From Candidatus Altiarchaeota archaeon (lineage in GTDB: Archaea; Altiarchaeota; Altiarchaeia; IMC4; SCGC-AAA252-I15): DNA of 39,292 nt. The stretch spans positions 1 to 39,292 of the forward strand of contig JAZDIN010000068.1 in the NCBI GenBank assembly GCA_043804895.1. Reading direction: 5' to 3'. Below, in pieces: positions 27,247-35,494 of the stretch (positions are counted from its first letter, which is position 1; each line of letters opens with the position of its first letter). Position numbers and translations under genes: made by a program. The notes below the pieces were generated by a model. It did not search any database, was not told the DNA's origin, and saw only the letters and a program-made list of their open reading frames with translations.

Positions 27247-28191
27247 TTAGCGTGTCATCTCCTCAAACGCCATCCTACCATTTTCTTCACTTATGATGAA
27301 ATCCCTTCTGTCGCATGTCCGGTTAATCAGACCATCCATCCGATATTTGGGAAGGAATTGATAGACTTCCAAAGCGCCTCTACTGAGCTCCCTCTTCAGT
27401 TCCTCCCTGACGTTTACGCCCTCTTTCGTCCTCCACTCTGTCACTATGTATCTGCCGTCTTTTTGTTTAGCTGCGATTATCAGCGACTGATCCATATTCA
27501 CTATGTCGATCTGCGACGGGTAGGTGCTACCGCTAGGGTGTGTGTGGTACTCGCAGAATATCCTACCAGTCCTGTAAGCCTCCTCTGTCGAAGCCTCCTT
27601 CCCATGAATACGGTGGAAGAAATATGCTTCAATCTGGTTGTCGGACCCTATGCCAAATTTGTCGAGGGGCACGCGTATGGTCGTCTTCATGTTTAGCGTG
27701 TTATGCCTCAAGTTACCCGGCGTTCTCTCGAATATGCCGTGTCTCTCCACGCCCCACTCTGCAATGGACTCGAACTGGCTTCTGACTATCTCGTCAACTA
27801 CCTCTTTGGTCGTCTTGCCAACATTCGCTTCTAACATGTCGGCTGCTCCGATTCTCGACTTCAAGGTTGTTATCACAAAGTCTTTCTCGTCTAGGTTGAT
27901 TAGGAATCCTCCGTCTCCGTTATCTGCCCTATCAGTAACGACCGTCCTATGGTCACCTTTCAGGTCGTAAATCCTAGTTGGCAAAATCCTGAATATGTGC
28001 CCCTTACCGCCCAAGTAATATATCAACGTAATCTCATTCTCATTCAAGTCCAGGCCGGCCTTCATGTTGCCGTGCCATTTCCGCAGCTCCTCTTCAGGCA
28101 GCTTAGTCAGTGAATCTATCTTCCATGCCCTATCCAGCAGGGGGATGGAACGCAGCGGGTCCTGTTCAGACGGCGGTCGGATGGTTCCCAT
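27247..28191 (-). CDS. Hypothetical protein with C-terminal JAB/MPN+ (JAMM) metalloprotease motif
   Basis: YHTHPSGSTYPSQID = H-x-H-x7-S-x2-D; candidate upstream catalytic Glu in GVERHGIF. Confidence 0.7.
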   Translation of the reverse strand: MGTIRPPSEQDPLRSIPLLDRAWKIDSLTKLPEEELRKWHGNMKAGLDLNENEITLIYYLGGKGHIFRILPTRIYDLKGDHRTVVTDRADNGDGGFLINLDEKDFVITTLKSRIGAADMLEANVGKTTKEVVDEIVRSQFESIAEWGVERHGIFERTPGNLRHNTLNMKTTIRVPLDKFGIGSDNQIEAYFFHRIHGKEASTEEAYRTGRIFCEYHTHPSGSTYPSQIDIVNMDQSLIIAAKQKDGRYIVTEWRTKEGVNVREELKRELSRGALEVYQFLPKYRMDGLINRTCDRRDFIISEENGRMAFEEMTR

Positions 28192-28221
28192 TAGCTACTA
28201 TCAGGCGTTCCTGGTATATAT

Positions 28222-29094
28222 CTAGAACTCTATCTTTCCCGTGTAGACTTCCTGTGCTGGGCCTATGAGGTAGGTTTTTTGTATGTCGTCTGGTGTGCCG
28301 TCTAGTTCGACTTTGATGTCTCCGCCTTTTGCGTGGAATAGTATCTGTTTTTTCATGTCAGCCTTCCGGTTCAATACCGCTGCGACTGCGCTTGCGCATA
28401 TCCCGGTCCCGCAGGCGAGGGTCTCGGCTTCGACGCCACGCTCGTATGTGCGGATTTTGAACTCATTGGGGCCTGTCTTCTGTATGAAGTGGACGTTCAC
28501 TCCCTTCGGGAACAGGCTAGCGTAGTGCCTAATCTTTGGGCATGCCTCTGTGAGGTCTACTGCGTCGATGCTCTGGTGTAGTACAATGGCATGCGGGTTG
28601 CCCATGCCTACCGCGGTTATCTTGTATTCGCTGTCGCCGACTTCCACAATCTGGTTTATGAACGTGTCCTCAGGGTCTCCGCTAACCTGAGCCTCCCCTC
28701 TTTTCACCTGAGGCCTGCCCATGTCGACCTTCACCTCCTTGACGATGCTGTTGTCCACTGTCAAATCCAGGCTCTTGATGCCAGTCAACGTCTCGGCTGT
28801 CATAGTCTTCTTCTTGACTAGGCCGTGCTCGTACACGTACTTCGCAAGGCACCTTATTCCGTTGCCGCACATCTCGGCTTTGCTGCCGTCCGGGTTGTAG
28901 TAGACGAAGTTCACGTCAGCCTTCTTAGACTTCTGGACGAAGATGGCCCCGTCTGAACCTACTCCGAAGTGGCGGTCGCATGCCATCTTCACGAAAGCGA
29001 CTTTCCTCCCGTCTGGCAGGGCCTCTTTAGCCCATTCGTCCACGACTATGAAGTCGTTGCCGCTGCCGTGCATCTTCGTGAATTTAACGTCCAT
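28222..29094 (-). CDS. dapF: Diaminopimelate epimerase
   Basis: KMHGSGNDF, AEMCGNGIRC, GNPH, YERG-x3-TLACGTG. Confidence 0.97.
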   Translation of the reverse strand: MDVKFTKMHGSGNDFIVVDEWAKEALPDGRKVAFVKMACDRHFGVGSDGAIFVQKSKKADVNFVYYNPDGSKAEMCGNGIRCLAKYVYEHGLVKKKTMTAETLTGIKSLDLTVDNSIVKEVKVDMGRPQVKRGEAQVSGDPEDTFINQIVEVGDSEYKITAVGMGNPHAIVLHQSIDAVDLTEACPKIRHYASLFPKGVNVHFIQKTGPNEFKIRTYERGVEAETLACGTGICASAVAAVLNRKADMKKQILFHAKGGDIKVELDGTPDDIQKTYLIGPAQEVYTGKIEF

Positions 29095-29150
29095 TCTCCT
29101 GTCTTTTATTACATTATCTGGTGTGGTATTAATAGGGGACGTGGACTAAA

Positions 29151-29930
29151 ATGCCAACAGAGACGGCGGTGAAGGAAACCCGCATTGACCCAGTGCCGGA
29201 TATAATAGGAATACTCACACCCGCGCGTTCAGCAAACGATTCGGTCGGAGGCCGCGCCCTCAAAGAGTTCTGCAAGGTTTACAATGGTCCTGCGTCCATT
29301 GAGGCTGCGAGTAAGGCTGCTAAGAGGGTCGAAGGAGCTGAGTCGTTCATAGAATACCAGGTTGATGAGACAGCTAAGGTCTTGGGGAAACTGCTGGATA
29401 ACAAGTCACCTGAGATACCCATTACGTTGCTCATAGATGAGGCGATGTCAGAAGCCCAGAACATCAACGACCTTAGGCTGGCTCTGGGGAGGATATCATT
29501 GGGCCTCAACCCCCAGGCTCAGAGGATGCTGGCCGAGCTGGACAGGAGCATAAAGTCTCCGAGGCCAGAGCCTCCGACGCTAATGGAGAGGGTGACGAAG
29601 AAGAGGGAGGTTGAGCCTGAATTCGACACATATAGGAAGGCTCTCGGAACTGGCGTGAAGGAGTTGACGAAGATAACTCCTGAGAAGATAGAATCAGCTG
29701 AGAGGAAGGTGGAAGGCCGCGATACTGCAGAGTCTACTGTCCTTTTGAAGTCGCTTCTTGCAGGCAGGGACGTTAACGTCGCAGGTGACGTGCACAGAGC
29801 CCTGATGCAGTCGATGAATATGGCGGGCTTCAGGACTGAGCTTGGTATAATAGCGCTGAACTACAATCCCGCAGCGCTCATGCTCCTTGGGAAACCGAAG
29901 AATGATTCAGAAGACAGCGAAGAAAACTGA
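29151..29930 (+). CDS. Hypothetical helical protein with internal duplication
   Basis: 259-aa ORF between dapF and polB; two similar ~70-80 aa halves. Confidence 0.7.
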   Translation: MPTETAVKETRIDPVPDIIGILTPARSANDSVGGRALKEFCKVYNGPASIEAASKAAKRVEGAESFIEYQVDETAKVLGKLLDNKSPEIPITLLIDEAMSEAQNINDLRLALGRISLGLNPQAQRMLAELDRSIKSPRPEPPTLMERVTKKREVEPEFDTYRKALGTGVKELTKITPEKIESAERKVEGRDTAESTVLLKSLLAGRDVNVAGDVHRALMQSMNMAGFRTELGIIALNYNPAALMLLGKPKNDSEDSEEN

Positions 29931-29963
29931 CTTAATTAACCGTCTGTTTAATTGAATACCGTT

Positions 29964-32279
29964 ATGGTAAAATGCCTTTTGGATGCCGACTACGTGACGA
30001 GGGATGGGAAGGCTGTGGTGCGGCTTTTTTATAAGACTGATAAGGGCTCGCTCATCGAGGATGTGGAGGGATTCCAACCTTACTTCTACGTTCTGCCCAA
30101 TGGGGACATTGAGGGGCTCGCATCGGAGGCGAAGGCCCTCGAGAACGTGGTGAATGTAGAGCCTCTGGAACTCTACGACCTCGGCAGGAAGGTAAAAGTC
30201 CTGAAGGTCTACTCGAAAGAGCCGAAGGACGTTCCACAGCTTAGGGAGGCTGCGGCCCGCCTCCCAGGTTGCGGAGGATTCCGTGAGGCTGACATACCGT
30301 TCGCGCGCCGTTACATAATCGACTCAGGTATTGTGCCCATGGACGGCTTCGATTCTGTGACATTGAATGTGGCCGCCGTCGACTGTGAGATTGTTGCAAG
30401 GGGTGAGCCTGACTCGAAGGTGCATCCGATAGCACTTTTGAGCTACGCTGATTCACTGGGGCTGAGGAGGGTGTGGTCCTACGGGAAGGAGAACCCGGGT
30501 TTGGATTATTTCGAATCTGTTGGGAACGAGGCTGAGATGCTCAGGAAGCTTGTGGAGACGATGCAGAAGCAGAAAATCGATATCATCACAGGATATAACA
30601 CAGACAACTTCGACTTCCCATACTTCCAGGAGAGGGCTGACAGAAACAGGGTCGAGTTGAACATGGGCGCTGATGGGAGTAAGCTGAAGATGGAACGCAG
30701 AGGCATGAACATGGGCGCGAGGATTGTTGGGAGGCCGCACGTGGACATGTATCCGCTGTGCCGCCAGGTCTTCAACCTCCCACGCTATCAGCTTGAGGAC
30801 GTGTATGAGAGCCTCTTCGGAGTCGAGAAATTGGATATCAAGGTGAGCGAGATAGGCGAGTTCTACAACTCCAAGGAGAAGGCGAAGTTCACGAAGCTCT
30901 GCGAGTATTCGGTGTCAGACGCTGATGCGACATTGAAGATAGCCTTGAAGATGCTGCCACTCATGTACGAGCTGTCGAGGGTGATACGGCAGCCGGTGTA
31001 TGAGACTTCGCGGATGGGAAGCGGCCAGAGGGTGGAGCACCTCCTCATAGAGGAGGCCCACCGGAGGGGCATCATCGTGCCGAACCGCCCCTCAGATGAG
31101 GAGTTCGACGACAGGGAGGACGCGCCGTATGAGGGCGCGTTCGTGGTGGAGCCGAAGAAGGGCATACACGACAACATAGTCCTGTTCGACTTCCGTAGCC
31201 TGTATCCGAGCATCATAATATCCCACAACATAGACCCTGCGACACTGGACTGCCAGTGCTGCGGCAACGAGGCTCCGAAGGCCCCGAACAATCATCACTT
31301 CTGCCTGAAGGTGAAGGGTTTCATACCTGATGTGTTGAGGAAGCTGATACAAAGGAGGGTGGAGTTGAAGTCTAAGATGAAGTCTGAGACAGACCCAGAC
31401 AGGAAGATTCTCCTGGATGTGGAACAGCAGGCGATGAAACTCCTCGCAAACAGCATGTACGGGTATTACGGCTTCCAGAGGGCGCGCTGGTACTGCAGGG
31501 AATGCGCTGAGGCGATAGCAGGCTGGGGTAGGGAGTACATTCAAAAGACCATAAAGGCTGCTGAGGGGAGGGGGTTTCAGGTCATATACGGGGACACTGA
31601 CAGCATATACATCACAAGGCCTGACATGTCTGACGTGGACGAGATAGTCCGGCTGTCGAAGGAGTTTCAGAAGGAGATAAACAGCAAACTCCCGGAGGCG
31701 ATGGAACTCGAGTATGAGGGATTCTACCCGAGGGGCGTGTTCATAACAAAGAAGAGGTACGCGGTAGTGGACACCCAGGGGAAGCTCATAGTCAAAGGCC
31801 TAGAGACCCGCCGGAGGGACTGGTGTGAGGCTTCTAAGGAGACTCAAAGGAGAGTTTTGGATGCGCTCCTGAAGGACCGCGACCCTGATAAGGCCGCGCA
31901 GGTCGTGAAGGACATGGTGCAGAAGATAAAATCCGGGAAGGTCCCGCTTGCGGATTTGGCGATAAACACCCAGATGACCAGGAGCCTAGGAGGCTACGTG
32001 ACTGAGGGGCCGCATGTTGCCGCTGTGAGGCGGGCGATGAAGGAGGGGATGGAGTTCAAGCAGGGGGACATCGTCACCTACATTGTGACCAAGAGGGGCG
32101 GCGACAATATCGGGGATAAGGCTGTGGTGATAGACCATGCGATTGAGGGAGATTACGACGCAGACTACTACATAAACAACCAGGTCCTGCCTGCGGTGAT
32201 GAGAATACTGGAGGCGCTCGGATACCAGACAGAAGAGATGAAAGGACTCGGAAAACAGACTACGTTAGGCGGTTGGTGA
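29964..32279 (+). CDS. polB: Family B DNA polymerase (archaeal PolB3-type), no intein
   Basis: Exo I DCE, Exo II GYNTDNFD, Exo III YSVSD; DFRSLYPSII, KLLANSMYGY, YGDTDS; uracil-pocket elements (DY, PYFY, EADIPF); PIP box KQTTLGGW. Confidence 0.97.
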   Translation: MVKCLLDADYVTRDGKAVVRLFYKTDKGSLIEDVEGFQPYFYVLPNGDIEGLASEAKALENVVNVEPLELYDLGRKVKVLKVYSKEPKDVPQLREAAARLPGCGGFREADIPFARRYIIDSGIVPMDGFDSVTLNVAAVDCEIVARGEPDSKVHPIALLSYADSLGLRRVWSYGKENPGLDYFESVGNEAEMLRKLVETMQKQKIDIITGYNTDNFDFPYFQERADRNRVELNMGADGSKLKMERRGMNMGARIVGRPHVDMYPLCRQVFNLPRYQLEDVYESLFGVEKLDIKVSEIGEFYNSKEKAKFTKLCEYSVSDADATLKIALKMLPLMYELSRVIRQPVYETSRMGSGQRVEHLLIEEAHRRGIIVPNRPSDEEFDDREDAPYEGAFVVEPKKGIHDNIVLFDFRSLYPSIIISHNIDPATLDCQCCGNEAPKAPNNHHFCLKVKGFIPDVLRKLIQRRVELKSKMKSETDPDRKILLDVEQQAMKLLANSMYGYYGFQRARWYCRECAEAIAGWGREYIQKTIKAAEGRGFQVIYGDTDSIYITRPDMSDVDEIVRLSKEFQKEINSKLPEAMELEYEGFYPRGVFITKKRYAVVDTQGKLIVKGLETRRRDWCEASKETQRRVLDALLKDRDPDKAAQVVKDMVQKIKSGKVPLADLAINTQMTRSLGGYVTEGPHVAAVRRAMKEGMEFKQGDIVTYIVTKRGGDNIGDKAVVIDHAIEGDYDADYYINNQVLPAVMRILEALGYQTEEMKGLGKQTTLGGW

Positions 32280-32282
32280 CTT

Positions 32283-33296
32283 TTACTGTTGTTTGAGTAT
32301 GTTGAGAATCTTCACATTGAATTTCAGTACCTTGCCTGCTAGCTCATGGTTGAAGTCTAATGTGATGTTCTCATCGTTGACGCCTACGACCTTGGCTGGG
32401 CCGACTAGTGTCACAATCTTCTGGCCGACTTTGGCGTTCAGTTGGATTATTATCTCATCGCCTTCTCCGTAGACTTCAGCTGGCCCGAAGACAGTCTGTA
32501 TGGTCGTCTTCTGGTTTGGCAGGAATTTGAACGTGACTGTGTCGTCGGAAACAGCGAGCACCCTCATAGGCCAGTTCAGCTCATAGTCGGTGGTGTTTGG
32601 TATGTTGAACTCTAAGCCGAGTGTGGGTTGTAGTCCGACATCTTCCACGAACTTCTCTATGCTGACGTTCTGCATGATAGGGCTCTTCTGAGACCTCAGT
32701 ACGGTCTCTATCATCTTTTCAGTTGGGTAGCCGTAGGCTTTCTCAGGGGGGAGGGTGAATGTCTTCTCCTCATCCACTTTCATCCCGACTACAGCCTCCT
32801 CGAAGCCTTTGATGAGGCCACCGTAGCCTAACGTGAACTGGAGCGGCTCGTAAGTCCTCAGTGGATTGTATACTCCGCTTTTTTCTGCGAGTGCCTTGTT
32901 TGAGGTGTCGAATACGCTCCCATTCTCGAATGTGCCTGTGTATTCGACTGAGACTATGTCACCGTCAGCTGCGACTGCATTCCTATCAACCGGAGCGACT
33001 GTAGTGGACGTGACACCGGCAGGCCCCCCGATATACTGTGTCAGGTAGAATATGACACCAGCAGGCCCACCGCTATTCTGCGAAAAGTAGACTAGGCCTG
33101 CGACAGCGACTAAAACAACCACAGCAACCAACAAAGCATGTTTAGGAATCACCGGACAAGATGAACCAGAGACTTCCCCAGACTCCCTAACAACCTCAGG
33201 CTCCTCAACAGCAACCTTCTTAGGGCGGCCGCCAGACTTCCTCCTCGGCTTCTTGGCCACGACCGCATCCACCGGAATCTTCTCCTCTTCACCCAT
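32283..33296 (-). CDS. Membrane-anchored FKBP-type (SlyD-like) peptidyl-prolyl isomerase
   Basis: One TM helix, then GDIVSVEYTG...VFDT, LIKGFEEAVVGM, PPEKAYG, LDFNHELAGKVL; enlarged insert-in-flap region. Confidence 0.9.
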   Translation of the reverse strand: MGEEEKIPVDAVVAKKPRRKSGGRPKKVAVEEPEVVRESGEVSGSSCPVIPKHALLVAVVVLVAVAGLVYFSQNSGGPAGVIFYLTQYIGGPAGVTSTTVAPVDRNAVAADGDIVSVEYTGTFENGSVFDTSNKALAEKSGVYNPLRTYEPLQFTLGYGGLIKGFEEAVVGMKVDEEKTFTLPPEKAYGYPTEKMIETVLRSQKSPIMQNVSIEKFVEDVGLQPTLGLEFNIPNTTDYELNWPMRVLAVSDDTVTFKFLPNQKTTIQTVFGPAEVYGEGDEIIIQLNAKVGQKIVTLVGPAKVVGVNDENITLDFNHELAGKVLKFNVKILNILKQQ

Positions 33297-33349
33297 CTTC
33301 AAACCTACCTATATGCACATATTAATTAATAAAGGTATAGGTAAACAAG

Positions 33350-35488
33350 ATGAATCCGAAGGCCCTGATACTATTCGCCTCACTACTGCTCCTAGCAACA
33401 ACGACAAACGCCCAATACACGGGAGGGAACGCAATCTGGGAAACTGACCTACAGTGGAACAGGTATAACAGCGGAGGTTATTACCCTGCAGGCACAGCCC
33501 ATTTGAGTGGAGATGTCACTGTGACATCTGACAAGTATGTGGTGGGCCATTTCACGATTCGTAAATGCAGTGGGGATCCGGATTTGTGGGAGGGCTTCGG
33601 AGACTACCTTGGCGACGACAGCTATGTTCGGATACCGAACAATAACCCCCTACAGGACTACAAGATATCCGCACCCTCACTCATGGTGACTGATGAGTTC
33701 ATTACTATCAACTTTGACGTTGAAAAACTATCCATCGGGGATATAAACGCTGGCAGTGACTGGTTCATAAGATTCGGCAGGTTCTTCTACGACGGGGCGA
33801 TAACACCCGGATGCTCCGGATGCCATGTCAGATGGACCGTGAGCGGGACCAATACATTCGGCCCTTATGAGGAGTGCGTCTTCACAGGCCCTGATGTGAC
33901 CAACCTTCTCGCGACTCCGAACACGCAACTTTATGAGCCTACGGAGGATATCGTTAATGTTGCAGTGACATGTGATGTCTCGGATGAAGGCGACTCATCT
34001 CCAGGCTCACAACCAGGTGTATTATCAGTTAATGGGGAAATCACAGCCCCAAGCGGAACAAAGACCTCTGTTGCCATGCAAAGGATTTCCGGGGATGAGC
34101 TGTCTGGAGGCTACAATTACACCATCTTAGGGGATTGGATTGCGCTACAGCCTTGCGGAGAATATAAGTTCAGGGTCATAGCAGAGGACAAAGACCACAA
34201 CGTCAACGACTGGACGTCCACTCGATTCAACGTCACGTGCCCGCCAGGCGCCACATCAACTACTACGACGACTCTTGCTCCTGTGCCCCTGCCGGATTCC
34301 ATCAACATCACTTTCAAGTATTACCCGTATTACGTCAACGAGACTATCGAGTACTGCGAACTGTGGACTGACATACCAGGCGTATGGTCAGTGGGCGGAA
34401 TCCAGGCTAATGTGACGAACGCGGCCCTCAACAGCATTGTATACTATTATGTCCAGAACGGCACATACTGGTGGAACGTCGCGTGCCAGACAACCAACAA
34501 CTACACGTGGATAGACGAGGATGAGAATTGGACGTTCACAGTCTGCATCGGATGTAAGCCGTGCGACCAGTACTGCAAGGAAGCCACCTATGATTACGGC
34601 GCATGCCGAATGACAGAATGCGAAACGTCTTACGAGAGTGCTAGTGAAGGCGGACAATGCCCCGGAACCTCACAATGCTGCTGCGGGAATGTCCCGCCGA
34701 CAACGACGACAACAACAGTGGCAACCACCACGACAATGCCCTGGACCCCGAGCGTGTGCGGCGATGGCATAGTTGCAGACGATGAGGACTGCGACCCTGA
34801 CATGGAAGACAGCCCATCCTGCCCGCACGACCCCCCTAACTACTTCCCAAACTGCATAGACTGCGCATGCACTGACACACCAGTGTCCACTTCGACGACC
34901 ACGACAACTACGACATCAACGACGACGACAGTCATCACCATAGTCACAACAACAACCACTACGACCACAACCACGACGACGACAACGACAAGCACAACGA
35001 CTTCGACGCTGGCTAAAATCTGGTCCACCGGCTTCGTGTGGAACCCAGATTACCTACTGGGCAAGTACGCAGGTAGTGTTCCGCCAGGAGATTACGAATC
35101 AAACATGGTGGGAGAGGTTACTATCACGCCTGACATCACCCCCGGCTATGAGAAGATTATAGGCCACTTTGAGCTGACAAGATGCAGCGGAGACCAGGAC
35201 ACATGGAACAGCTTCAACAGTGCAGTCATCACAGGCGACAGCTACCTGAGGATACCAAACAGCAAACCACTGCAGGACTTCAAGATATTCACTCCGATTA
35301 TCAGCGTAACCCCGACTCTGATTACCATAGACTTTGAAATTCTAAAGGATATAGGAACAGTAACCTCTGATGTCTGGTACGTGCGGTTTGGGACTTTCAT
35401 GTGGGATGGGAGTAAGACGCCAGGTTGCAGCGGATGCAACGCCCGTTGGACACCGTCAGACCAGAGCAAGCCAGCCTGTAATCCTTGA
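33350..35488 (+). CDS. Secreted multidomain Cys/Thr-rich surface protein with homologous N- and C-terminal domains
   Basis: Signal peptide; duplicated domain (GHF-x3-CSGD...DSY-x-RIPN-x2-PLQD...RFG-x-F-x2-DG-x2-TPGCSGC-x2-RWT); CGDG-x5-EDCD motif; long poly-Thr; many N-x-T sequons. Confidence 0.85.
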   Translation: MNPKALILFASLLLLATTTNAQYTGGNAIWETDLQWNRYNSGGYYPAGTAHLSGDVTVTSDKYVVGHFTIRKCSGDPDLWEGFGDYLGDDSYVRIPNNNPLQDYKISAPSLMVTDEFITINFDVEKLSIGDINAGSDWFIRFGRFFYDGAITPGCSGCHVRWTVSGTNTFGPYEECVFTGPDVTNLLATPNTQLYEPTEDIVNVAVTCDVSDEGDSSPGSQPGVLSVNGEITAPSGTKTSVAMQRISGDELSGGYNYTILGDWIALQPCGEYKFRVIAEDKDHNVNDWTSTRFNVTCPPGATSTTTTTLAPVPLPDSINITFKYYPYYVNETIEYCELWTDIPGVWSVGGIQANVTNAALNSIVYYYVQNGTYWWNVACQTTNNYTWIDEDENWTFTVCIGCKPCDQYCKEATYDYGACRMTECETSYESASEGGQCPGTSQCCCGNVPPTTTTTTVATTTTMPWTPSVCGDGIVADDEDCDPDMEDSPSCPHDPPNYFPNCIDCACTDTPVSTSTTTTTTTSTTTTVITIVTTTTTTTTTTTTTTTSTTTSTLAKIWSTGFVWNPDYLLGKYAGSVPPGDYESNMVGEVTITPDITPGYEKIIGHFELTRCSGDQDTWNSFNSAVITGDSYLRIPNSKPLQDFKIFTPIISVTPTLITIDFEILKDIGTVTSDVWYVRFGTFMWDGSKTPGCSGCNARWTPSDQSKPACNP

Positions 35489-35494
35489 TGCAAC

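Noticed and set aside
29964..32279. Possible inactivated or intein-containing PolB, or a casposon polymerase
   Set aside because: All polymerase and exonuclease motifs are present, length is normal, the type is RNA-primed with a PIP box, and there is no cas1 or terminal inverted repeat.
33812..33826. CxxCH (CSGCH) heme-c motif in the 712-aa protein
   Set aside because: The paralogous C-terminal domain has CSGCN, so the His is not conserved. It is a single motif with no cytochrome maturation genes nearby; a disulfide is more likely.
34880..35010. ACN-rich low-complexity tract as a possible tandem repeat or contingency locus
   Set aside because: Mixed ACG/ACA/ACC/ACT codons encode a poly-Thr linker; it is not a perfect microsatellite or a CRISPR array.
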